Below are positions 18,623 to 28,589 of a DNA stretch of 64,000 nt, one piece after another; the stretch's first letter is position 1; each line of letters opens with the position of its first letter. Under the pieces are notes generated by a model, which did not search any database, had not been told where the DNA came from, and was given only the letters and a program-made list of their open reading frames with translations. The position numbers were made by a program, and so were the translations under genes. The stretch is from the human T2T-CHM13v2.0 reference genome, Homo sapiens: NCBI RefSeq assembly GCF_009914755.1, contig NC_060947.1; one strand, written 5' to 3'.

Positions 18623-20689
18623 CATCTTTTTTTGATCTGTTGATTTGATAACCAAGAAGGCTGCTAAGTAGCTAATGGGCAAGTAGCTTCTCAGATGATA
18701 TAGGTTTGATTACCTTAGAGCCACATAGTTCATTTTTTTTTTCTTTAAATGTGCTGAATGCTACTCCTGTGTTAATTTTCTTTGTGCTTGTCTCTGAACC
18801 ATGTGAAACTGCTTTTCCTGGATTTTCCATCTTGCACTATCATTGCTCTCTGTTACAAGATGCTGCAAAAGGTTTTGCTAACAAATTACTTCTTGTGTTC
18901 TATACAGAGATAGTCCTGGGTTCATGAGTGCTACTCACACACCCAACTTCTCTCTAATGATGCCCACTGATGCCCTATTAACCCACAGAAGATGCTTTTT
19001 TTATATGAAGTGTGATGGCAAATTAATAGATGGCAAATTGATTTGCAAAAGTTTCTCCAGGTGACAAGGGAGAAGCTTGTTTTCTTACAAGATGATCTCA
19101 CACCTGCCCCTGTGTGGTCTTCCAACTCTACACCCTGCATGAGAGAAAACCTTCCATTGGCCTCACTCTTGAAATAGATAGGGCAGATACCCCACTGGGG
19201 ATGCCTGCAGGAGAGTTTCCTCCATGCCTTCCTAGGAACCAGAATAAGGAGATTAAGGTCCAGATTGTGAGAGCAAACCGTCCTTCATGAATGAACACTC
19301 AGTGCACCAAAACCTCACTGACTTTTCTAAGGGTAGCCGATGTTCTCCGAAATTCTGATTTACAGACAACTGAAGGCCCCCAAGGGCCTCCCAAGAGAAA
19401 GGTAGACTATCACATGTGAACACAGAGGCCTATGGGACAACTTTTTGTCAGAATTTTAAAGGCAATGTGGGACTGTTTCTCATAAGTTCTCACTTAAACA
19501 TATTGTCCTGCCTCATATGGACTATGTCTATCTCTTCCCTATTTGCAAGTTAGAGAGAAAGAGGATCTCCTGTCACCATGGTCTTGGCTGTTTTCTTATC
19601 ATACCTCCCAAAAGAAAGGCCTGAAATGGACAATTTGTTTCTGGTTTTGAAGAGTGAGGCTATTGAGCCATGCTGAAGTAAAAAGGGGAAGGCAGCTCCT
19701 GCCTTTGGTCTGGTGGATCATCCCTGCTTACCTGCCTGTACCCCTTGCACCAACCTCTAGCTGTCTGCTTTTTCCAGATCTGTCTGGTCCTGGTTTGCAC
19801 ACCTGTTCATGGGGCTCTCCAGAACTGCCTTTCCACGATGGCTCTGCTTTGTGTGCAAAAGGAACAGTACTGCCCACCAGGAGGAGGATAGGCCAGAAAC
19901 CCAGAAAGATTTCTAGAAAGAGGCTATAACTGGAGCAGAAGTAGGGATCAAGGGATGGAGGGAAGGGGTCTGTTTTCAACTACAGAAGTAACATCCAGGG
20001 TGTCAACCACGTTTCTATGGAAGTGTGCATATGTGTGTGCACACACATATACAGCTGTAGATTAGCCCTAGCTGCTGTGAAAGTAGACTGTGCTGTGTGT
20101 CTGGTATTTTTCAAACAAGTATCACAGTGACGGACAAGGTTCTGTCTACTTTCCTAACCTTCATTTCTCTTCTTTCTTCATTCACCTCCATCTCCTTCTC
20201 CTTTCTCCTTATCCTTTATTTCTTCTTCATCATTATCTTTGTGTCTTTGTCTTAATCTTTTTTTCTCTCTATTTTACCTTCTTCCTCTCTTTTTCTTCCT
20301 CCTCTCTTTTTTACCCTTTTCATTCTCTGTTAACAGCCCCAACCCTCTTGCAGTTATCCACATAGGGCCTTCTTCCAGCTATCCCCACCCCTCCAGATAT
20401 CTATATTCAGCTAATCCTTGCAGAGTCCTTCCTGCATTATGTCTCTTCTTTTCTGTGGCCATCATTTTTCTGGCTGACTCTAAGTCTCCTCAATCTGAAC
20501 CAGTTTCCATGATTTTCCCAACCTCAAATGTTCCCAATATTTTTATTAAAGTAATCATTGTAAACCTTCTGGTCCTTTGCACACATCAGCAAAGTTCTTT
20601 ACAGGGCACCTCTGGTAACTTATCACCTTTTGCTTTTAACTCTTTCTTTTTTCTTTCTTTTTTTTTTTTTTGCTCGTTTTAGAATGTTC

Positions 20690-20695
20690 TTTATT
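20690..20695 (-). terminator. Polyadenylation signal AATAAA of the retrocopy
   Basis: TTTATT on the + strand, 18 nt from the start of the poly(A) remnant at 20671. Confidence 0.85.
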
Positions 20696-21879
20696 CTGAC
20701 AGTTGTTGGACAAATATAAGGCATGTTCACAAGTATCTGAAGTTATGTACAAAACACACTCATTCGACAGATATTCCTATTCTCCTTTTGTACTTGCTGC
20801 TGCAAACTGATCTTTCTGCATGTTAACACCCATAGCGCTCAATTCTTATGGATATGCAGAGAATGTTTTGGGGACCACCGTGGAGAACCTGTTTCAAACT
20901 AAGACGTAAGCTTCTTTGAACTAAGTCACTAAGACATCAGAACTCACGGTGAACAAAGGCAGAGGAAGGTGACCAAATCAGCTCATAATCTCATGACTCT
21001 AAGTTTACAGTGGAACAAAGAACACATTGAAAAACATTTTTTGATCCTTCATGTTGGAGAGAAATGGAATGTGTCCAGAATTCATGGTTCTACATTTATC
21101 ACTGTCTAAAAGTCACAAAACAATATCTAATTTTTTCATGGTTTCAAATGCAGTTACAGTTTTGTTCTTAGGCCACAGTACAAGATTGCATGCATTACTT
21201 TACACAAATGTCAAACACAGAATGATTGTAACACAGACAGCTCAGGGTTGTCTAAAGACACAGCTTCTCTTTTTGTGGTGGGGTCGGGAAGGAGAATGAT
21301 GGTGGCCATTTCCATACACAGCCTGTTGTGTGCTCAGCACGGCTGGATGCGGATCCCAAGAACTTGCTGACTGACTCACAGAAGAGGACAGAAGCTGCTG
21401 AGGAGGGCAGCAGAGTTCAAAGAGCAGTCTCCAACTGGGGGCTGGGATGACGGACACAGAGCCTCGATTCCAGGGGGAAAAAGTCTTAGTCAATACTAAT
21501 TAAAAACTGTTAACGATTTTTGAAAATCAGATTACATCTATAAAAGATGAAAAGTAAACACTTAAAACAATCTATTGAGGGGAACATAAAATAATAAAAA
21601 ATGAAATGCAGCTGGGATTTCACAAAGAGGAGATTTGAATCTTTTGGTCTCAATCAGCCAATATTTTAACATTAACTATAAATTATTAAAATGTAGTTTG
21701 CTTATGCCCATTCTTAAAATGCAGAATCTTTGAGGAAAAATATAGGCATATTTTCAGGAATACAGACTCTTGTAAAAAATTTTAAAAGTCAGTATCATCT
21801 CTCTTGCGGAGCTACTGAACAGGTTTTTCAAACACAAAAGGGGAACAAACATGGGGCGCTTGAATATGTTAAAAATTCT

Positions 21880-22168
21880 TTTTTTTTTTGAGACAGAGTT
21901 TCGCTCTTGTTGCCCAGGCTGGCGTGCAATGGCGCAATCTCGGCTCACCACAACCTGCGCCTCCGAGGTTCAAGCAATTCTCCTGCCTCAGCCTCCTGAG
22001 TAGCTGGGATTATGGGCATGCACCACCATGCCTGGCTAATTTTGTGTTTTTAGTAGAGACGGGGTTTCTCCATGTTGAGGCTGGTCTCAAACTCCTGATC
22101 TCAGGTGATCCGCCCGCCTCGGCCTCCCAAAGTACTGGGATTACAGGCGTGAGCCACCGCGCCCGGCC
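21880..22168 (-). mobile_element. AluS (AluSp-like), full length, in the retrocopy 3'UTR
   Basis: Starts GGCCGGGCGCGG on the minus strand; diagnostic GTTTCGCTCTTGTTGCCC and GGTTTCTCCATGTTG; TSD GAATATGTTAA(A/G)AATTCT at 21862-21879 and 22169-22186. Confidence 0.92.
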
Positions 22169-22568
22169 GAATATGTTAAGAATTCTTATCACTAGAATAC
22201 TGCTTTGAGGCGCTCACAGTACTTTCCAAAAGAAACTACCCACCTCAAAGAGCCCTGCACAGCCCAAGCGACCCATGAGTGTGGTAGCCATCATTTTGTT
22301 AGCCACTGCTTGGCCATCATCAAAGTATTCACTCAGAGTGGGGAAATTACTTAATATCAATGATATTAACGATTTCCATGGATTTAGCTTTGTAACACAC
22401 AATGCACAAGGGTCTTCAGATGTTTGCTTTTTACACCAATGGTAGGAAATTGTCATTCTTCCGATTCAACACGCTGGCGGATGACGCTTTAGTGAAGTGT
22501 GACTACCTAGAGGAGCAGGAAGGCGGCTCCCGATTCTCACTGGGCCAGCCTCTTCCAGAAGGTGCAGG

Positions 22569-25500
22569 CTACTCTTCTGACAGGAGATCACAAGTCTGGC
22601 AGGCTGGGCAAGCGCTCTGCCCTTTAAGCCACTGCTTAAAACACCCTTTGTGATACTTGTGCCCACATTTGAGCACACGCACGTTTTTTGATTTGAACAC
22701 CTCGTGACATATTTCACAGGAACTTGCACCCAGTGCAACCCTCACAGGGACATCTTCTGCTTTCTGCCCCTTGGTTTTGGGTGATGGTGCAACAACCGCC
22801 AAGGGTGGGCCCTGGGAGGACCTGGTCACGTGGGCGGCAGAGCTGGGCTCATAAGTCCTCTTGTCCTTTCCTGGGTTTGGCTTTTTCTTTTTCTGTTCAT
22901 CTAGAATGTGTTCTGTCACTCTTTGGACAATTTCATCAATACTCAATCCTGAAAGTGAGTTCTTGTTTTTGCTTCTCACTTTTTTAATAAAACCAGCAAG
23001 CTCAGTGCTGTTGTAACATGGGAATACCACTGACAGGTGCTCAATAATACTATTGAATGGCTTTTTTGGAGACTGGCTTGAACATGCAGCACACCCTGGA
23101 GGAACAGGCTGCTTCTGATCAGCCGCAGGGCTTTGCTCTGACAGAGCTGCCTGGCCAGCCCCTTTTGGCCCTGGCAGCTGAGTGGCTTCAGGCTGAGAGG
23201 GGGGTGGCCCTGGCAACAGTGCAGAAGGAGCCTCCCCTGGGGAATCGCCGGCAGAGAACACACTGGGATCCCTGTGAAGTGCTGCTTGGTTTCCAGTCAC
23301 ATCGCTTGCGGAAGTCATAAACCCTTGGTCATCATGGCCTGAAGACTCAGGGAGTAACTCAGGATGAACCGTGTTACAGGCAGGAAATGAAAGCTCAGAA
23401 ATCTGCACTTTAGAAAGTTCACTGAGCCGAGAACCATTTTTAATTGCCTTAATTTGTTCTTCAAACTGATACTTTGCTTTCTCAGTTTCTTTTGTAACAT
23501 TAGAAAGAAACAATTCCCATGAACATATATCGGACTCCATGTCAGGATATGCTGCAGGATCATGGCTAATCAGCTCCAGCTTCTTCAGATAGGCTTCTGC
23601 TTGTGACTGCATGATCTGTAGCTTATACACTTCACTCTCCTTCCAGTTTTCAAGTACGGATACCTCTGCAGCCACAGCTCTCTGATGACTCTCTTCATAA
23701 TCCTTTTTCCCTTTCTTTATACACTCTTCTATTTTCATTTTCTCGTTTGTAAGTGTGTTGCTGATTTCAAGGGACTGATCCAGATGTAATTCATGTTCCT
23801 TATCATTTCCATCATTTTTCTGGGTATACATTTCATTGGCATTTGAAACCTTTTTAATTTTCTTCTTCAGTGATTTTAGTGTTTTTTGGATTTCTTTTTT
23901 TTCCTCTTGCCATTTTTTAATTTCTCTTTCCAAATCTTGAAGCAACCAATCTAATTCTGTCTTTGATATCTTGTTTTCTTCTAAGTGCCTTTTCAACTTT
24001 TCTTCCAGGTCCCTGGTCTCTTCTAAGCCCTTAAGTTTTATCTGCTCATAATTTTCATACGCTTCTTTAAGTTGGTCTTGTAATACTTGGTACTCCTTTT
24101 CAATCCGTGAAATTTCCCCTTGTTGTTTCTCAAAAGGATTATATGGCTCAGTATTGACTTCTTGGTGTGTTATGTTCCAAGATACCTGTATGGCAACCAT
24201 CTGCACCTGTGGAATGTTTGTTACTGCACTGGTGCTTTCTGGAATTACTTCACATTTGTTGTTAGAATTTCCACAGTGCCCATCTTTTCTGTTAGACTCA
24301 CTCAGGACTGTATGAGCATCACCTGTGCTGCACTGTGACTTTACAGATATTAACGAAGAATCCTCAAGGATCTGTGTTTCGGAGGCAATCTGGTGACCAG
24401 CAGCATTCTCAGCATTCAAATGATGACCCTCAAAATAGGCAGTAGCATTTTTATCTGCTCTGTCATTGGCTACAAAAGACGGCACCACTGGTACTGATCT
24501 TGGTAGCTGATATTCAGGAGAAAGGCTGACCAAGGGTGTATATATGCTGGTGTACTGGGGCAAACCTGGTAACACATTTATGTATGCTGGCGATGTCCGG
24601 GTGTTATCAAATCTCTGGAAAGGAAGATACGTACAGTATCCTGTGACCAAATGGGATTGAGCCCAATAAGTTGGTTTCACATCCTCAAGAACCGGTTTGG
24701 GAGAATTAGAGGAGACTCGCTTGTAATTTGCATCCTCAGAGCCTGGTTTGGGAGAATTAGAAGAGAACCCTTTGGGTTTCCCATCCTCAGAAACTTGTCT
24801 AGAAGAATTATCGGATACTGGTTTGGCCTTCACATCTTCACAAGCTGGCTTGGGAGAATTTGCAGACAAAGGTTTGGGTTTCACATCTTCAGAAGCTGGT
24901 GCTGAAGATGAACCTGATACTGGTTTAGACTTTACATCTGGTTTAAATTCCCTAGCAGCTGAATTAAGTGGTAGTTTAACTTGTAAATACTCTCCTGCTT
25001 TTGAAATGTCTTCTACTTTTGTTTTAATGTTTTTCTTCTTTCTTTTTTTCTTGAGCCGTGATGCAACTTTCTTCAATGCAATACAGTTGTCAATCACAAC
25101 AAAACGGGGACATCCCAAGAGAAAAGATTTTAAACCTCCTGCTTTTTCTAGTATTGGTCGAGTTTCTTCTGGGAAAAACTCATATTCTTCAGAGAACATC
25201 TTGTGACTCATGTCCAAGGGACCATGTTCCTCCAACAACTGAGAGAAGTAATCATATAGAGTTGAACATTTTTGTTTTGGGTTCATGTCCCATAGCTTCT
25301 TATTGCGGACAACATATTCATTACTGTGTTGGTCATAGAGAGCTTCAAATTCTTCTACGTCTTGCCGAAGATGGTCAGGCACTGCAAATGGGCCTGCAGT
25401 ATCTGAATTTTGATTGCTATGGTCTTCACTTGAAGTGATGATCTCATTATTTGGAGTTACTGAAGTTGTTCCAGACCCAACTAACATAGGCTTTGAATCC

Positions 25501-28500
25501 TTTGGTTTCTTTTTCTTGCCTTTGTTTTTCACCTTGGTAGAACTAAACGGTGCTTCGCCACTGTCTTGTTTCCTTAACACAGTACAGCGGCTGTCCATTA
25601 TATCAAAGAATTCATCTAAAGCACTATGTAATGCTGGGAACTTGTCTCTGTGTTCTTCTAGCAGCCATATTAAACAGCGGGCTTCCTTCGATGATGTTGG
25701 CTCAAAGAAATAATCAAGTTGCTTTCCTTCTATAGAGTCTAGTTTGTGACCATATTTCTCATTCCAGAGGAAAGTCATGATGCTAAAATCAAGCTGTTTA
25801 AGAGATGCTTCATACCGAGAAAAGAAAGGTCCTGTGGCATCTAAGCCAAAGCTATTAAGTTTTCGGATCCAGGCGGCTAATTTGGGCTCCACTTCTTTAA
25901 GCTCACTCAAAACATGCAGAAATATTCTTGTCTTTACTCTGTTCTTTTCTTGAATCAAGTGACGAATAACATAGTCCACTGCTTCATTTAGAAAATTTCT
26001 GCTTGAAAAACAGGTTGTATAGTCCTCTGTGCTCAAAACTTTCCAAGAAAGCAATTCTTTGAGAAGCGTGGCTGTATTCCATATGCCGGATTTAATCTTG
26101 TCAGCATACTGCTTTATACACTGTAGAATTCTGTCATCAAGGAACTGACAATGCTGAACATTGTCTACAGTTTCTTTCTGCTCTTCGTTTTTGGGTGGAT
26201 TACTTTCTCTTAAGTCCTCCTCCATTCTTTCTTGTGCTAATTTTTTTGCTTCTTTTTTTTGGATCTTTCTCTTCAATTTTTTGTCTTCTTTCAGTCTTAG
26301 TTTCTCTAGGCTAGAACATTTCTGTTTCAGAATAGGTCTTGGAGGAACCTTTTCTTTTATGACCTTGTGTTCAAATTCACATTTAACTTGACCACCACTG
26401 CTGAAGATGATAATCTTAGAAATGACACCTTCACAGTCAGGGGTAAGACATATTCCTTGTAGAAAATCCTTGTCAATTTTATCATTAAAGGTTGTGGTTT
26501 TTAACTTCTTCCAGCAATTCATGTGAAATTCTATTTTACAGTACTGGCAACAGCTGATGCGTATAAAACCCTTAAAGTCTGGATCAGTTATGTATATCTG
26601 GATCTTAGAATATCCACAGCACTTCTGATAGCAACAAATGGCATCTGGCACTGGAGGGAACTTGCATTCTTCAACAAATTTCTCTAACAGCATCTTTATT
26701 TTTTCTGGCTGAGACTCTTCAATAATCACATTACTTGTGGGCCAAGTTAACACTCCAGGAAGACGATAAATCAAGGTTCTTGCTTTCTCAAAGTGATTGA
26801 GAGCTTCTAGAAATCTGTTTTTTTTCAAATATACTTTTCCAATTCCACAGTAGGCCAAGCAATCAAGTCCCTCATTGTGGTAGTGTTCAATAATCCTCTT
26901 AAACTGGTTTTCAGCTTCAGATAGTTCTTCAGGCTGTCCTATTCCAAGGAGTGAAATGGCAAGTCCATAGACAACCAAGACATAGTTAATCATGGCCAGA
27001 TTCAATTGCTTTATTTTTTGAGGATCTAAACCATTCAGCAACTCTGTAAAGGCATGTGCGGCACTGCGGCAACGCTGCTCCAATAAGGCTGTATAGCCAT
27101 CTTGAATTAAGCTTCTCAGCATTGTCATTATATTAGCAAAATCCTGGTGTGCACCTCTGGAAGATTTAGAAAACTGTTTCTCCAAGATGTTCTTCAAATC
27201 TGCTGGTAAAGTCAATTGTGAACTAGAACTGAACTTTTCTGATTCATTGTTTCGAGATTTTTGTTTTCCTTTATGTTTCGGAGGCTGACTTGATGGTGGT
27301 GAAAATTCAGGATGACAGTCACAATCATCTACCATCAATGCCTCATCCATCACCTTTAGATTCTGATTACCACCGTTAGCCATTTCGTGATTAATTTTTC
27401 TGAAATCTCTTTCCTTCTCCACAAAGTTAAGTGAAGTACTAAATACAGGTGCTGATAAACTCCTAGGTGTGTAGGCCCTGTTTTCATAAAAGGCTTTAAT
27501 TGGATTCTTATTTGCTGTTCGACCTTGTAGGTCTTCTATTTGTTTTTGTAACTTTACATGCTGCTGAATTAGATCCTTGATTCCCTCAGGGTCATTTTTA
27601 CAGAGTTTTTGAGCTGTTATGTTTGCTTGCAGGGCCCAGTTATATTCCCCCAGCATAGAAAGAGCATCACAATAACGATAATGACCCTTTGGCCAAGTGT
27701 TCTTCAGAATAGTGGCTCTCTTTCCATCACCAAGTGCATTTCTAAACTGTCCAGTACGAAGAAAACAAAGAGCTCGGTTACCATAAAGAAGGTGGTTTTC
27801 AGGTCTATATTCAATGGCTCTGGTGTAATAGATAATAGCTATATCAAATCTTTCTTTGGAAAACTCTTCATTTCCTTTCATTTTCATTAGTTCTCCTTGC
27901 TCTATACAATCCATACAACTTTGGGTTTTAAGTTCTTCAAGCAAATTGCAGTCTTCCATTACAATTTTAGTTATGTGGTACTTGTATTCAGTAAAGAAAA
28001 TACTTAACATAGGCCAACAATTGTCAATTGATCCTAATTTAGTTAGAATTGTTACATCGCCTGCATATTTTATCCAATTCAGAGCTTCTTCCATTGCCAA
28101 GATTTTATTTTCTATTTTATAACCAATTCTCAATAAGCCTCCAATAAGGAGTGAATCATTAGCAGCTTTCTTTGCCAAATCCACAATATCTTCCATCAAC
28201 TCAAGATGTTGTAATCTCTTCAAATTTATCTCGGAAGCACGTGAATTGTTGGCGTCCACACAGGGATGCAATCGTGATATTACAGAACTGTTTTGATGTT
28301 GAAACAGAAGTGGCCAGAAGATGTTTATTTTAATGGCATCACAATAATCTTGCAGGACAGAAATTGGTTTACTACACCATATACTGCAGATGTCAAATTC
28401 TAAATTCCTCTCACTTTGGACATAATCTTTATATTGCTTACCCACCCCATCACAGTAAAGCTGAGTCACACGAACATAATCATCGGTCATAAATTCAGCA

Positions 28501-28556
28501 GCAAAGACACAATCGTCCACGTAAGGGCAATCTTCTAACAAGGCATAATCCGCCAT
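22569..28556 (-). CDS. TTC3-like E3 ubiquitin ligase ORF (TPR repeats, PAM2 motif, coiled coil, C-terminal RING-H2). 1995 aa from the strong-Kozak ATG at 28556; frame open upstream to ATG 28670 and GTG 28856
   Basis: The 2095-aa ORF in the track is collinear with human TTC3 as I recall it (DNFAEGDFT...; TPR KMKGNEEFSKERFDIAIIYYTRAI; RING CEICHEVFKSKNVRVLKCGHKYHKGCFKQWLKGQSACPAC at 22718-22599). Translation is not demonstrated. Confidence 0.75.
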   Translation of the reverse strand: MADYALLEDCPYVDDCVFAAEFMTDDYVRVTQLYCDGVGKQYKDYVQSERNLEFDICSIWCSKPISVLQDYCDAIKINIFWPLLFQHQNSSVISRLHPCVDANNSRASEINLKRLQHLELMEDIVDLAKKAANDSLLIGGLLRIGYKIENKILAMEEALNWIKYAGDVTILTKLGSIDNCWPMLSIFFTEYKYHITKIVMEDCNLLEELKTQSCMDCIEQGELMKMKGNEEFSKERFDIAIIYYTRAIEYRPENHLLYGNRALCFLRTGQFRNALGDGKRATILKNTWPKGHYRYCDALSMLGEYNWALQANITAQKLCKNDPEGIKDLIQQHVKLQKQIEDLQGRTANKNPIKAFYENRAYTPRSLSAPVFSTSLNFVEKERDFRKINHEMANGGNQNLKVMDEALMVDDCDCHPEFSPPSSQPPKHKGKQKSRNNESEKFSSSSQLTLPADLKNILEKQFSKSSRGAHQDFANIMTMLRSLIQDGYTALLEQRCRSAAHAFTELLNGLDPQKIKQLNLAMINYVLVVYGLAISLLGIGQPEELSEAENQFKRIIEHYHNEGLDCLAYCGIGKVYLKKNRFLEALNHFEKARTLIYRLPGVLTWPTSNVIIEESQPEKIKMLLEKFVEECKFPPVPDAICCYQKCCGYSKIQIYITDPDFKGFIRISCCQYCKIEFHMNCWKKLKTTTFNDKIDKDFLQGICLTPDCEGVISKIIIFSSGGQVKCEFEHKVIKEKVPPRPILKQKCSSLEKLRLKEDKKLKRKIQKKEAKKLAQERMEEDLRESNPPKNEEQKETVDNVQHCQFLDDRILQCIKQYADKIKSGIWNTATLLKELLSWKVLSTEDYTTCFSSRNFLNEAVDYVIRHLIQEKNRVKTRIFLHVLSELKEVEPKLAAWIRKLNSFGLDATGPFFSRYEASLKQLDFSIMTFLWNEKYGHKLDSIEGKQLDYFFEPTSSKEARCLIWLLEEHRDKFPALHSALDEFFDIMDSRCTVLRKQDSGEAPFSSTKVKNKGKKKKPKDSKPMLVGSGTTSVTPNNEIITSSEDHSNQNSDTAGPFAVPDHLRQDVEEFEALYDQHSNEYVVRNKKLWDMNPKQKCSTLYDYFSQLLEEHGPLDMSHKMFSEEYEFFPEETRPILEKAGGLKSFLLGCPRFVVIDNCIALKKVASRLKKKRKKKNIKTKVEDISKAGEYLQVKLPLNSAAREFKPDVKSKPVSGSSSAPASEDVKPKPLSANSPKPACEDVKAKPVSDNSSRQVSEDGKPKGFSSNSPKPGSEDANYKRVSSNSPKPVLEDVKPTYWAQSHLVTGYCTYLPFQRFDNTRTSPAYINVLPGLPQYTSIYTPLVSLSPEYQLPRSVPVVPSFVANDRADKNATAYFEGHHLNAENAAGHQIASETQILEDSSLISVKSQCSTGDAHTVLSESNRKDGHCGNSNNKCEVIPESTSAVTNIPQVQMVAIQVSWNITHQEVNTEPYNPFEKQQGEISRIEKEYQVLQDQLKEAYENYEQIKLKGLEETRDLEEKLKRHLEENKISKTELDWLLQDLEREIKKWQEEKKEIQKTLKSLKKKIKKVSNANEMYTQKNDGNDKEHELHLDQSLEISNTLTNEKMKIEECIKKGKKDYEESHQRAVAAEVSVLENWKESEVYKLQIMQSQAEAYLKKLELISHDPAAYPDMESDICSWELFLSNVTKETEKAKYQFEEQIKAIKNGSRLSELSKVQISELSFPACNTVHPELLPESSGHDDQGFMTSASDVTGNQAALHRDPSVFSAGDSPGEAPSALLPGPPPSQPEATQLPGPKGAGQAALSEQSPAADQKQPVPPGCAACSSQSPKKPFNSIIEHLSVVFPCYNSTELAGFIKKVRSKNKNSLSGLSIDEIVQRVTEHILDEQKKKKPNPGKDKRTYEPSSAAHVTRSSQGPPLAVVAPSPKTKGQKAEDVPVRVALGASSCEICHEVFKSKNVRVLKCGHKYHKGCFKQWLKGQSACPACQTCDLLSEE

Positions 28557-28589
28557 AGTGAAATCTCCCTCAGCAAAATTGTCCGTGAT

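Noticed and set aside
20150-20330. Pyrimidine-rich stretch giving hydrophobic plus-strand ORFs
   Set aside because: Low-complexity CT-rich DNA; the Phe/Leu/Ser bias is compositional.
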